Positions 30,578-40,226 are shown, numbered from the stretch's first letter. The stretch is DNA of 64,000 bases from Synechococcus sp. (GCA_047284725.1 JBJBEO010000001.1:1368203-1432202); one strand, 5' to 3'. Translations and numbers: made by a program. Notes: generated by a model not told the origin, from the letters alone.

Positions 30578-30769
30578 TCAGTCCGCGTGGATCGATTCTC
30601 CGACCTCTGACCGCAACCAGACGGGGCGCTCCGGGCGTGGATGACGCCAGGCCAAGCTGAGCAACGCCTGGATCACCCGGGGGCTGGGGGGGATCGCACA
30701 GGACGGTGATCCGGACTGCACAGGGAACATCGACGACTCAGACGGTGTTGGCATCACTCCAACCTGCAT
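30578..30769 (-). CDS. 63-aa hypothetical protein
   Basis: AGGAG just upstream of ATG. Confidence 0.45.
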   Translation of the reverse strand: MQVGVMPTPSESSMFPVQSGSPSCAIPPSPRVIQALLSLAWRHPRPERPVWLRSEVGESIHAD

Positions 30770-30906
30770 CGCTCACTCCTGTCTAAGAAGAACCTCACTG
30801 AGATCCATGAGCGCAAACGCTCAATCACCAGACGCTTTTAAGTATTCCTTCTCAAGCATCCTTGTCACGATGGGAAGAGGATGGCCGCAGCCGGAGCTCA
30901 CTCACC

Positions 30907-31092
30907 ATGCGCATGCTCAGAACCTCCTCCGGACTCACCGCTGACTTCATGTCCGGAGGACGCTTCCGCATCTGCGACGCCAACCTTCACTGCTATGTGG
31001 TGAATGACCGGCAGACGGCCTATCGCGTTGTGGCCGATGCCGAGACCCGCGGAATCTCCCTCGATGATGCCCTGGCCGACCCCGAAGGCTGA
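30907..31092 (+). CDS. 61-aa hypothetical protein
   Basis: ATG ORF, FRICDANLHC; host-like codon usage. Confidence 0.55.
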   Translation: MRMLRTSSGLTADFMSGGRFRICDANLHCYVVNDRQTAYRVVADAETRGISLDDALADPEG

Positions 31093-31149
31093 TGGCGCTG
31101 CAGCCAGGGCCGGCTTCTCCCCACGACGGGCAGCGAGAAAGAGGGACGT

Positions 31150-31548
31150 TCAGACCCGCCATGGCCTGAAGGTCACTGGCTCAAACTTGGCGAGACTGAC
31201 AGACCAGGTGCGTACCGCGCTCGTCTGCAGACCTTGATGGAAGGCCGCGGTGTCACCCGTCTCGAGCCATGCCGCTTTCAGGACCGGTAGAGCGTCATTC
31301 AAGCGCTCCATTGACAGCTCCACCAGGAGCAGACTGCCCACACCCGCCGCCCGGCGCAGATCACCATCGTCACTGCGCTGCCAGACCCGCACCAGCAACT
31401 CCAGCACCACCTCCTGGGCCATCGCATGGGGAGCCTCGTCGACGGGTTCACCGGCATCCACCGGCAGGCTCCGCCCTCCCAGGGGCATGGCACGGACACC
31501 ACCCTGATTGATCAACGCCAGAGCAACCAGATACGGGGCATCAGCCAA
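31150..31548 (-). CDS. Conserved picocyanobacterial hypothetical protein
   Basis: APYLVALAL...PLGGRS...LELLVRVWQRSD. Confidence 0.7.
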   Translation of the reverse strand: MADAPYLVALALINQGGVRAMPLGGRSLPVDAGEPVDEAPHAMAQEVVLELLVRVWQRSDDGDLRRAAGVGSLLLVELSMERLNDALPVLKAAWLETGDTAAFHQGLQTSAVRTWSVSLAKFEPVTFRPWRV

Positions 31549-31613
31549 GACGGTCAAGCACAGCGAGCTGCCATCGTCCCCCACAGGGGCGCACCGCAAC
31601 ACGCCAACCGGCA

Positions 31614-31627
31614 AGAACAGATGTACT
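31614..31627. promoter_or_regulatory. Cyanobacterial LexA (SOS) box upstream of umuD
   Basis: AGAACAGATGTACT; reverse AGTACATCTGTTCT fits RGTACNNNDGTWCB; overlaps TACTAT -10. Confidence 0.8.
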
Positions 31628-31637
31628 ATTACGTCAA

Positions 31638-32084
31638 TTGGTGGTTTGCAGTTTGGAGCTACAAAACACACCGTTACCCCTGCGGTCGGAGTGTCAGCGC
31701 TTCGTGCTCCCCCTCGCCGATGGACGCGTGGCCGCCGGTTTCCCCTCACCGGCGGATGACTACGTGGAGGTGGGGATCGACCTCAATGAACAGTTGATCC
31801 GAAACCCTTCGAGCACCTTTTTTCTGCGCGTCAGCGGTGACTCGATGACCGGTTCCGGCATTCATGATGGCGACCTGTTGGTCGTCGACCGCAGCCTCGA
31901 TCCGAAGCCGGGCCGGGTGGTGGTGGCCGTACTGGATGGTGCCTTCACGCTCAAGCGCCTGATGCGTGATCAGCGGGGACTGCATCTGGAGGCTGCCCAT
32001 CCCGACTTTCCCGTCCTGGAACTCCACCACGGCATGGAGGTGCAGATCTGGGGTGTCGCCATCCACGTGATTCACCCGCTCTGA
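31638..32084 (+). CDS. umuD: UmuD-like S24 peptidase
   Basis: AAGFPSPADDY, VSGDSM, FTLKRL. Confidence 0.93.
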   Translation: MVVCSLELQNTPLPLRSECQRFVLPLADGRVAAGFPSPADDYVEVGIDLNEQLIRNPSSTFFLRVSGDSMTGSGIHDGDLLVVDRSLDPKPGRVVVAVLDGAFTLKRLMRDQRGLHLEAAHPDFPVLELHHGMEVQIWGVAIHVIHPL

Positions 32085-33358
32085 TGCCCCGGGCCACGGC
32101 ACTGATCGACGCCAACAATTTCTACGCCTCCTGTGAGCAGAGCCTCGACCCCGCTCTGCAGGGAAAGCCAGTGGTGGTGCTGTCCAACAACGATGGCTGC
32201 ATCGTGGCCCGCAGCGCCGAAGCCCGTGCTCTTGGCATCGCCATGGGAACGCCTTTTTTCCAGGCCCGACGCGAACTGGAACGGCTCAATGTGGTGGTGC
32301 GCAGCTCAAACTACGCTCTCTACGCCGACATGAGTCATCGGCTGATGAGCCTGCTGGAGTGCCAGGCGGAAGAGCTGGAGATCTATTCCATTGATGAAGC
32401 CTTCGCCTGCCTCAGCCGACCGGCCGATGGAGACCTCAGCGCGTGGGCAAAACAGCTGCGAGCCCGCATCAAACAGAATCTAGGTTTGCCCATTGCGGTG
32501 GGGCTCGGCCAGAGCAAAAGCCAGGCCAAACTCGCCAACCAGCTGGCCAAGCGCATCCCGGCCCACGCCGGCGTGTTCGATCTGGGCCGATGCCCGGACC
32601 CCGACCTCTGGCTCGAAGCGATTGCCATCGAAGATGTGTGGGGAATCGGCCGCAAGCTGTCCCACTGGTGCCGCACGCGGGGGGTCACCAATGCCCGGGA
32701 GCTGCGTGACATGCCCACCGGGGTCCTGCGAGCGAAGGCAGGGGTCATGGGTTGGCGGCTGCAGCAGGAACTCCAGGGCCAGGCCTGTCTCCCCCTGGAT
32801 CTGACACCCGCTCCCAAACAGGAAACCTGCGTGAGCCGCAGTTTCAGCCGACCGATCACAAGCCTGAGCGAACTGCAGCAAGCGATTGCCACCTATGTGG
32901 TGCGAGCCGCCGAAAAACTGCGCCACCAACAGCAACGGGCTGGAGCTCTCACGATTTACACCCGCACCAGTCCATTCAGTGCTGGCTTCTACAGTCGTTC
33001 CGCCAGCCTCCAACTCGACCTCCCCAGCAACGACACCAGCGTGTTGCTGAAGGCGGCGTTACCTCTGGTGAGCCATATTTTTCAGCCCCACCGGCAACTG
33101 GCCAAGGCAGGTGTGCTGATGCAGCACCTCCGCAGCAGCCACCAGCTGCAGCATCACCTGCTCGCCCCCTGCGATCCCGTGCATCAGCAGCGCCGCGAGC
33201 TGCTGATGGCCACGATTGACCGGCTCAATCACCGCTATGGCCGTCATGCTGTGGCTTGGGCCGCTGGCGGACTCGCCCCGAGCTGGAGGATGCGCCGGGA
33301 ACGGCTGGGAGGCGCCACCACCACCCGCCTCAGCGACGTGCCGATCGTGCAGGCCTGA
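32084..33358 (+). CDS. umuC: Y-family DNA polymerase V subunit
   Basis: DANNFYASCE, VVLSNNDGC, YSIDEAF, W.MRRE. Confidence 0.95.
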   Translation: MPRATALIDANNFYASCEQSLDPALQGKPVVVLSNNDGCIVARSAEARALGIAMGTPFFQARRELERLNVVVRSSNYALYADMSHRLMSLLECQAEELEIYSIDEAFACLSRPADGDLSAWAKQLRARIKQNLGLPIAVGLGQSKSQAKLANQLAKRIPAHAGVFDLGRCPDPDLWLEAIAIEDVWGIGRKLSHWCRTRGVTNARELRDMPTGVLRAKAGVMGWRLQQELQGQACLPLDLTPAPKQETCVSRSFSRPITSLSELQQAIATYVVRAAEKLRHQQQRAGALTIYTRTSPFSAGFYSRSASLQLDLPSNDTSVLLKAALPLVSHIFQPHRQLAKAGVLMQHLRSSHQLQHHLLAPCDPVHQQRRELLMATIDRLNHRYGRHAVAWAAGGLAPSWRMRRERLGGATTTRLSDVPIVQA

Positions 33359-33384
33359 GCATCACAGCCGCGCAACAACGTGAC

Positions 33385-33681
33385 TCAGCGGCCCCAGATC
33401 AACTGAATCTCACCGGAAGCTTTCGACAGCAACAGCACCATGCCCTCCGCATGGGCATTGAGGCCGGTCTGCTCCCGCAACAGAACGGTGCTGGCGAGGG
33501 CCACACCACAGGTGTCGGCAAACAACACCGGCAATGTTGCCGGCCCGCCGCTCATGCCCTGCAGATCAAGGGCCTGCTGAACAGCGCGCTTGGAGCGGTC
33601 CAGCCCCAGGCGTTCCACACAGGTGGGCCAGAGATCGTTGACGGGTTTGAAAGCGGAGAAATCAAACGACAAATCCACCAT
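33385..33681 (-). CDS. Conserved hypothetical protein
   Basis: ATG overlaps upstream stop; host-like composition. Confidence 0.7.
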   Translation of the reverse strand: MVDLSFDFSAFKPVNDLWPTCVERLGLDRSKRAVQQALDLQGMSGGPATLPVLFADTCGVALASTVLLREQTGLNAHAEGMVLLLSKASGEIQLIWGR

Positions 33682-33931
33682 CAGGCTGAGGCCTCCGGCA
33701 GGGCATTGCTGATCATTTCAGCCGTGACAGCGATGACTTCCAGAGCATCGTCATTGTCGAGATAGGCCTCGAAGGAGGCAAACCGCTCGATATGGGGATC
33801 AGCCCCGGCAACAGCACAGGCGGACGCCCAGTCGTTGTCGTCGGGCTTGACGGCGGCAAACGCCTGAAGGGCCTCCTCCAGATCACCGCCATCACCGATG
33901 CCCTCACCGTGCCAGATCGCTTCGAGAAAGG
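33669..33931 (+). repeat. 263-bp direct repeat, copy 1
   Basis: Identical by eye to 36752-37014 (offset 3083). Confidence 0.95.
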
Positions 33932-33935
33932 TCAT
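33681..33935 (-). CDS. 84-aa acidic hypothetical protein (duplicate copy, MTFLE...)
   Basis: Encoded within repeat copy 1. Confidence 0.7.
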   Translation of the reverse strand: MTFLEAIWHGEGIGDGGDLEEALQAFAAVKPDDNDWASACAVAGADPHIERFASFEAYLDNDDALEVIAVTAEMISNALPEASA

Positions 33936-34132
33936 GCCACACAGCAAGTAACGATCCAATCAGTTCATGACATCAAGTTAACGCCAAATGAAGGACCGCA
34001 AAATAGGAAAGAAGAAATCCAGGATCAAACCAAGAAGGCGACAGCCACCAAAAAAGCGTCAACCTCTCACCGTTCGCTAAGGCTCCTCTTAGGAAGCTCC
34101 AACGCAAAAACACAAACGCAGGGGAAAATGAG

Positions 34133-36598
34133 TTGGAATGTGAAAATTTTTTCATGGAAAACCTGACTGTGATGGATTGCCTGCGGAGCATTACATTCAT
34201 CATTCCGGGGTCAGGTACCTCTCCAGATGTAGAGGTTTATGCATACGAAGGAACAGGGGAGGACGAAGGAAAGATATTTTTCTCCGTCAAAGTTGTTGAA
34301 GGCAGCGACTTAACGGCCGATTTGTCAGGATTTTTCTTTAACCTGAATGATTTTTCAGGTGAACTATCTTCCTTGGTAGCGACTGGAGAAAATATCACTG
34401 AATTTGCAACAGGCAATGTAATCGACCTTGGCAACGGTGCCAATATGAGAGGTGGCGGCCGCAAAGGCTATGACTTCGGATTAGAGGTTGGCAAATCTGG
34501 AAGAAGGAAGGAAGATGTTGATGATATTCAAGAAATTAGCTTCACTCTAGAAGGCGGTGAAGGAGAATTCCTCACACTTGATGACATTGCACAAGTTGAG
34601 TTTGGAGTCGTTCTGAAAAGCACAGATGAATTTCGCGAAGGATCCGCAAAAAACACTTTCATTGCACCTGCAGCACCCGACGCAAACGACGATTCCTATG
34701 ATGTTTTTGAAGATGGAGCTACAAGCTATGAAGACCCACTCGAAGCAGCACAAGGCATCGTATTCAATGTTTTGAATAATGATACCGATGCTGATGGAGA
34801 CATACTCACAATTACTGGCTTTAACTCATTAGCGCAATATGGAACGCTCGAAATTATCGATGGTGACGATGCAGACAGTCTTGTAGGCGACGCAATTCTG
34901 TACACGCCAACAACTGATTTAGCGACATTAGATATTGACAAGCTGCTTGTTGACACATTTGAATATTGTATCCACGACGGCAATGGAGGGACAGATTTTG
35001 CAGAAGTGACGATCAACTATAAACCTGTTGCCGATGTGCCAGAGATCAATTTTTCCCTATCAACATACGAAGTTGGTGGACTCGTCTCCGCCAATCAAAT
35101 TCTGATTTCCATTACAGATTCAATTACTGATGATGACTTCTCAGAATACTTCAAAACATACTCACAAAATCTTCTTGAGCTTCCAGCTGGGGTTTCTCTT
35201 GATTTTCTAAGCACCAATTATGATGGCACACTTCCCAGTGCACCAATCACATCAGAGTGGTTGCTCACGCTCGATGAAGAACAAAGTTACGACTTTGACC
35301 TGCAGTTCACAGGAACCTCATTTGAGTATTTTGGATTTGGATCAGACACGCCTGATTCGCAAGAGGGTTTTTCAGATTTAATCGCGATCGATTATGTTTT
35401 CAACTCCACGGAAACAAGAGTCGAGTTTGAAGCCACCGATCAAGATATCTGGGGGACGGGAGACAATTTTGAATTTTCAGACGACCAATTCATCGGAATT
35501 GAAGGAAACTGGGATACACCATCAGACGGAGCTCTTTATTTCAGCTCGCAAGGAAATGTAAGGATTGGATTCGATTCCAGCCTCGAAATCAATGGTGGCT
35601 CCATTGACGCAACGACAATCTATGATATTACAGCAGAATCCCAATACAATAAAACCTTAGATTTCTTGCAGATCAACACTTTCGCAGAGGCTGTTAGTAC
35701 AAGTTTTCAAACCACCAGTCCTAGTGGTGCATACGATCTAGACTTCATATTTGACGTCTCAATCAGCGCCACTGCAGGCGTGAATATAACTTTGCTAGAG
35801 ACCGAACTAGGAGATGTGGCAATCAATGAATCAATCAGCATTAGCACCCCAGCTGCATTTGCTGACAATGTAATTGATTTGATTGAATTCGACTCAACAC
35901 AAGTAACTCCTGTTGAGATACCAATCGCCGGTGATTTAGCGTTAGCAACACTTGCTTGGCCTCAACTTTCGGTCGAAGGTGAAGATTCAGGAAGTATCGC
36001 CCAGGAAGAGGGAGCTAGCAACAACTTTCTGCAGTTTGATTTAGATCTCGACGAAGCCGCAACAAAGCTATTTGGGCTACCTGTCAATATTATTGATCCT
36101 CCAAGAACGAATCTTGGACCGGCTTATTTTGATGTTCAACTTTTAGATGTTGACGTCAATGCTGGATTAAACTTCCTGCAAGATTTTGAACTCGAAACGC
36201 AAAGCCTTGATGGCAAGATAGTGTTTGAGAATGGCGCTGAGGTAGATTTCATCATTGGCGAGAGCCTCCAGTTTGCTAATGCATCCCAATACGACTCCAA
36301 TTTAGATGGGAACGTTGAGTACGATGTTATTGTCAACCCCAATTCAACTCTCGAAAATGACACGAGTGTTGGCTTCAACCTTGGCTTTGAGATAGAGGGT
36401 CCAAGTGCAGAAATTGGATACGAGATCGACAATCCATTCAGCTTTTTAGCTGGCCCAGAATCCTTCTCAGGAAGCACAACATTGGGTCCATATGGAACAT
36501 TTGATACTTCTGTAGGTGTTTTTGACCTTCCTGTCTACAATGAAGATGCTTTTGCCTTTATCTTTGAAGAGTCCACGATTGCTGGCCTGTCGGCATAA
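34133..36598 (+). CDS. Large acidic cadherin/Ig-like (Big_9-type) domain protein, AT-rich, probably horizontally acquired (start may be ATG 34154)
   Basis: PDANDD..., NVLNNDTDADGDILTI, YTP, DTFEY.IHDGNGG..FAEVTI; D/E/F-rich beta composition. Confidence 0.8.
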   Translation: MECENFFMENLTVMDCLRSITFIIPGSGTSPDVEVYAYEGTGEDEGKIFFSVKVVEGSDLTADLSGFFFNLNDFSGELSSLVATGENITEFATGNVIDLGNGANMRGGGRKGYDFGLEVGKSGRRKEDVDDIQEISFTLEGGEGEFLTLDDIAQVEFGVVLKSTDEFREGSAKNTFIAPAAPDANDDSYDVFEDGATSYEDPLEAAQGIVFNVLNNDTDADGDILTITGFNSLAQYGTLEIIDGDDADSLVGDAILYTPTTDLATLDIDKLLVDTFEYCIHDGNGGTDFAEVTINYKPVADVPEINFSLSTYEVGGLVSANQILISITDSITDDDFSEYFKTYSQNLLELPAGVSLDFLSTNYDGTLPSAPITSEWLLTLDEEQSYDFDLQFTGTSFEYFGFGSDTPDSQEGFSDLIAIDYVFNSTETRVEFEATDQDIWGTGDNFEFSDDQFIGIEGNWDTPSDGALYFSSQGNVRIGFDSSLEINGGSIDATTIYDITAESQYNKTLDFLQINTFAEAVSTSFQTTSPSGAYDLDFIFDVSISATAGVNITLLETELGDVAINESISISTPAAFADNVIDLIEFDSTQVTPVEIPIAGDLALATLAWPQLSVEGEDSGSIAQEEGASNNFLQFDLDLDEAATKLFGLPVNIIDPPRTNLGPAYFDVQLLDVDVNAGLNFLQDFELETQSLDGKIVFENGAEVDFIIGESLQFANASQYDSNLDGNVEYDVIVNPNSTLENDTSVGFNLGFEIEGPSAEIGYEIDNPFSFLAGPESFSGSTTLGPYGTFDTSVGVFDLPVYNEDAFAFIFEESTIAGLSA

Positions 36599-36624
36599 TT
36601 TATTTAACACCAAAGTAAAGATTG

Positions 36625-36654
36625 CCCTCCTTGGCTTTGCCATGGAGGGTTTTT
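36625..36654 (+). terminator. Intrinsic terminator of the acidic-protein gene
   Basis: CCCTCC-T-TGGC-TTT-GCCA-T-GGAGGG-TTTTT. Confidence 0.8.
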
Positions 36655-36751
36655 ATTTCAAATTCAATTTTGACCTCTGATGAATGGATGAAATCATTGC
36701 CATAAAAATGCAATAACGCCAGCCATAGTTATAAGTGAAAGACATTGCCAA

Positions 36752-37014
36752 ACAAATCCACCATCAGGCTGAGGCCTCCGGCAGGGCATTGCTGATCATT
36801 TCAGCCGTGACAGCGATGACTTCCAGAGCATCGTCATTGTCGAGATAGGCCTCGAAGGAGGCAAACCGCTCGATATGGGGATCAGCCCCGGCAACAGCAC
36901 AGGCGGACGCCCAGTCGTTGTCGTCGGGCTTGACGGCGGCAAACGCCTGAAGGGCCTCCTCCAGATCACCGCCATCACCGATGCCCTCACCGTGCCAGAT
37001 CGCTTCGAGAAAGG
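36752..37014 (+). repeat. 263-bp direct repeat, copy 2
   Basis: Identical by eye to 33669-33931. Confidence 0.95.
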
Positions 37015-37021
37015 CCGTCAT
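36764..37021 (-). CDS. 85-aa acidic hypothetical protein (native-context copy, MTAFLE...)
   Basis: Downstream of dnaG, same strand. Confidence 0.75.
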   Translation of the reverse strand: MTAFLEAIWHGEGIGDGGDLEEALQAFAAVKPDDNDWASACAVAGADPHIERFASFEAYLDNDDALEVIAVTAEMISNALPEASA

Positions 37022-37162
37022 GATGCAGGGGGTCAGAAAGGAAGGCAGACATGGCAGAGACCATGCCGCCACCATCATCCGACCGCACGTCCAACGTTCA
37101 AGAGCAGGCCAGCACAGGAGGCAAGCCGAGGAGAATCAATCCGGCTCCCGGGGGGAAGCCCC

Positions 37163-39244
37163 TCATGCCGCAGGAGGCAGGACTTCACCAGGGGGAGCCT
37201 GGCTGGTGCTGTAGCCGGCACAACGCTGTTGATCGAGGTGAGCGATGTGCTTGCGCTCGCTGTAATACAAAGCCTGAAACCGCAGGGCATCGGTGTTGAG
37301 ATCTTCAAACAACGTTTGGATCCGCTGCTCGATATCAATGTTGGCCAGCGCCTGGGGTTGATCCTGCTCTTCCGCAATCAACGAGGCGATGCAACGCTCA
37401 AGGGTCTGCAAACGCTGCCCACCCCAGGCTTCGAGCAGGTGACGACAACGCTTGAGGCTTTTTTGGCGCTCGAGCATGGCCGCAGTGCCCCGGAGTTGCT
37501 GCATCGGATTCGCCAAGGCAAGCAACTGCAGTTCACCGGGCTCCAGCAAGGGGGTCAGTCGTGACACCAAGGCACTGTTCTCGAGCAACAGCTGATCGGT
37601 CAGCAACCGCGGCAGGTCAAGGTCTGCCAGTTCATGGCCTTCGTCCTGACCGCGACTGACCGCCTCGAGGCGTCCAGCCCCGATGTTGGTCTCCTCAAGA
37701 TCCGTGAGGGCGGCCCAGAGCAGTCGATGGTGCTGGAGCGCGAAATCTTCCAGTTCCCTCTCGCGCAGTTCACGCCGGATGGCGCTGCGATGAGATGGGC
37801 AATGGAGGTACAACCGCAGGATTTCCGCCTCGGAGCGCTCCCGCTGGCTGGATTCTCCGGGTTGTTCAAACCGCGCCGATCGGCCGTGCCAGCGCTGACC
37901 TTTCACCTGCTGACGCAGGTCTTCCTCCAACTGCAGGGCCAGCCGCCCTTGCCCGCCACTGAGTCGCTCAGCCACCTGCTGCAGATAGTGGGTGCGCACG
38001 GCCGATGGAGGCAATTTGCCCAGCAGCTCCACCAGGGCACTCACCCCCTGCTGGAACTGATCGGCCTTGTTCAAGTCACGGCCCTCAAGCACCTGCTCGA
38101 TCTGCCAGTCGAGCCACAGGGGTGCCTGATCAAGCAACGCCCGGTAGTCCCCTGGACCATGCTCCTTGAGGAACTCGTCGGGGTCCTTGCCGGAGGGCAG
38201 GTGAAGCACACGCAACTCCAGCTGACCCTGCAGAGCCAGTTGCTCCACTTCACCGATGGCTCGATTGGCGGCTCGGACGCCAGCGCCATCGGCGTCGAAA
38301 TTGAGCACGATCCGTTTGCCATCACTGCAGCGGCAGAGCTGCGTGATCTGCTGGCTGCTCAACGCCGTGCCCAACGCGGCCACAGCATTGGTGATACCAG
38401 CGGCGTGAAGGGCAATCACATCGAAATAGCCCTCCACCACCACCGCCCGATCGTCTTTGCGGATGGGATTGGCGGCCCGATCGAGACCGAACAGATGCTT
38501 GCCTTTTTCAAACACCTCCGTCTCCGGAGAGTTGAGGTATTTGGGCTCGCCGCCATCAAGGCTTCGGCCACCGAAACCAATCACCCGGCCCTGACGGTCG
38601 CGGATCGGCACCATCACGCGATGGCGGAAGCGGTCGTAAAAGCCATGACCGCCTTTACGTGGCACCACCAACCCTGCAGCTTCCAGCAGCTCAGGGGACA
38701 ACCCCTCCACCTGCTGTAGATGGTTGAGCAGACCATCCCATTGGTCAGGGGCATACCCCAGCTCAAACGCCTCCAGGGTGGCCTCGGTCAGGCCCCGGTC
38801 GTCCCGTAAGTACTTGAGGGCAGCCTGTCCGGCCTGCGAGCGCAACTGGGTTCGAAACCAGCCTGAAGCCAGAGCGAGAGCCCGATGCAACGTCTCTCGA
38901 CGTGACAGTTGCTGACGCAACCGCTCCTGCTGAGGCCCATCAACCGTTTCAACCGGCAGCTGATATTTCCGCGCCAGTTCCAGCACCACGTCGCTGAAAC
39001 TCTGGCGCTGCAGTTCCATCAGGAACTTGATGGAGTTGCCTCCGGCGCCGCAGGAAAAGCAGTAATAGAACTGCTTGGCAGGGGACACCGTCATGGACGG
39101 TTTGCTGTCGTCGTGAAACGGACAAATGCCGACGAACTCACGGCCCTTCTTCTTGAGCACCACGTGCTCTCCGACCACATCAACAATGTCGGCCCGTTCC
39201 TTGACGGCGTCGATCGTGCGGGGGTGAAGACGGGGCATCGCCAT
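37163..39244 (-). CDS. dnaG: DNA primase
   Basis: CPFH...CFSC zinc finger, KYLNSPET, VVEGYFD, NFDADGAG. Confidence 0.98.
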   Translation of the reverse strand: MAMPRLHPRTIDAVKERADIVDVVGEHVVLKKKGREFVGICPFHDDSKPSMTVSPAKQFYYCFSCGAGGNSIKFLMELQRQSFSDVVLELARKYQLPVETVDGPQQERLRQQLSRRETLHRALALASGWFRTQLRSQAGQAALKYLRDDRGLTEATLEAFELGYAPDQWDGLLNHLQQVEGLSPELLEAAGLVVPRKGGHGFYDRFRHRVMVPIRDRQGRVIGFGGRSLDGGEPKYLNSPETEVFEKGKHLFGLDRAANPIRKDDRAVVVEGYFDVIALHAAGITNAVAALGTALSSQQITQLCRCSDGKRIVLNFDADGAGVRAANRAIGEVEQLALQGQLELRVLHLPSGKDPDEFLKEHGPGDYRALLDQAPLWLDWQIEQVLEGRDLNKADQFQQGVSALVELLGKLPPSAVRTHYLQQVAERLSGGQGRLALQLEEDLRQQVKGQRWHGRSARFEQPGESSQRERSEAEILRLYLHCPSHRSAIRRELRERELEDFALQHHRLLWAALTDLEETNIGAGRLEAVSRGQDEGHELADLDLPRLLTDQLLLENSALVSRLTPLLEPGELQLLALANPMQQLRGTAAMLERQKSLKRCRHLLEAWGGQRLQTLERCIASLIAEEQDQPQALANIDIEQRIQTLFEDLNTDALRFQALYYSERKHIAHLDQQRCAGYSTSQAPPGEVLPPAA

Positions 39245-39326
39245 GGCCCCATTCTGCGAGACCCTGCTCTCAACGGTGGAGGAGGGTGCGGTGCCAGGGT
39301 TGGCTCCAAGATGCCCGCCCCTACGG

Positions 39327-40226
39327 ATGCAACCACTGCTCAAGGCCATCCGGGGACGTCAATCACCAGAGGAATGGCGCGCCTGCGGTTGTCTGATTCT
39401 TTGCGCGCTGGCCTTCAGCCTGATGACGGTCTGCGTCAAGCATCTCGGCGGGGCACTGCCAGTGGCGGAAATCGTGTTCGTACGCTCGTTGATCAGCATC
39501 GCGATCACCCTGGGGATGCTCCACCGCGCCCAGGTCTCACCCTGGGGACAACGGCGAGGCTTGCTGCTGGTTCGCGGCGCCCTTGGCACCACAGCCCTGC
39601 TGTTTTTCTTTGAAGCCCTGGCGCGTCTTCCCCTGGCAGCCGCCACCCTGCTCCAGTACACCTATCCGACACTCACCGCCATCAGTGCCTGGTTGCTGCT
39701 CGGCGAACCGATCCGCAAACGCATCGGTTTGGCGGTGTTGCTCGGCTGGCTTGGGGTGATGCTCGTGGTGCAGCCTGATTGGATCGGGAGCTCAGTGGCA
39801 GGTCTACCGGCCATGGCCGTGGTGATCGGCCTTGGTGGTGCTCTGCTCACGGCCCTGGCCTACGTGAGCGTGCGCCAGCTCTCAGCCAGCGAACACCCCC
39901 TGGTGATCGTTTTTTATTTTCCGTTCGTCTCCGTACCGGCAACGCTGCCGTTCTTCTGGGGAGAAGCGGTTTGGCCGACGGCCATCCAGTGGATCTGGCT
40001 GCTGGGCGTGGGCTTGTTCACCCAACTTGGCCAGATTTGGCTGACGGAAGGGCTGGCGGCTCTGCCTGCTGCACGCGCCACCTCAATCAACTACGTGCAA
40101 GTTGTTTTCGCATCACTCTGGGGGGTGCTGTTCTTTGCCGAAGCGGTCACCGCCACGGTGGTGCTTGGCGCCGCCTGCGTGTTGGGGGCCACGCTGATCA
40201 GCCTCAGTGCCCGTCAGGCCCGTTGA
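39327..40226 (+). CDS. DMT/EamA family transporter
   Basis: Two EamA-like halves, about 10 TM. Confidence 0.88.
   Translation: MQPLLKAIRGRQSPEEWRACGCLILCALAFSLMTVCVKHLGGALPVAEIVFVRSLISIAITLGMLHRAQVSPWGQRRGLLLVRGALGTTALLFFFEALARLPLAAATLLQYTYPTLTAISAWLLLGEPIRKRIGLAVLLGWLGVMLVVQPDWIGSSVAGLPAMAVVIGLGGALLTALAYVSVRQLSASEHPLVIVFYFPFVSVPATLPFFWGEAVWPTAIQWIWLLGVGLFTQLGQIWLTEGLAALPAARATSINYVQVVFASLWGVLFFAEAVTATVVLGAACVLGATLISLSARQAR

Noticed and set aside
33932..36751. IS or transposon interpretation of the AT-rich insert
   Set aside because: No transposase or terminal inverted repeats; 263 bp is far longer than a normal target-site duplication
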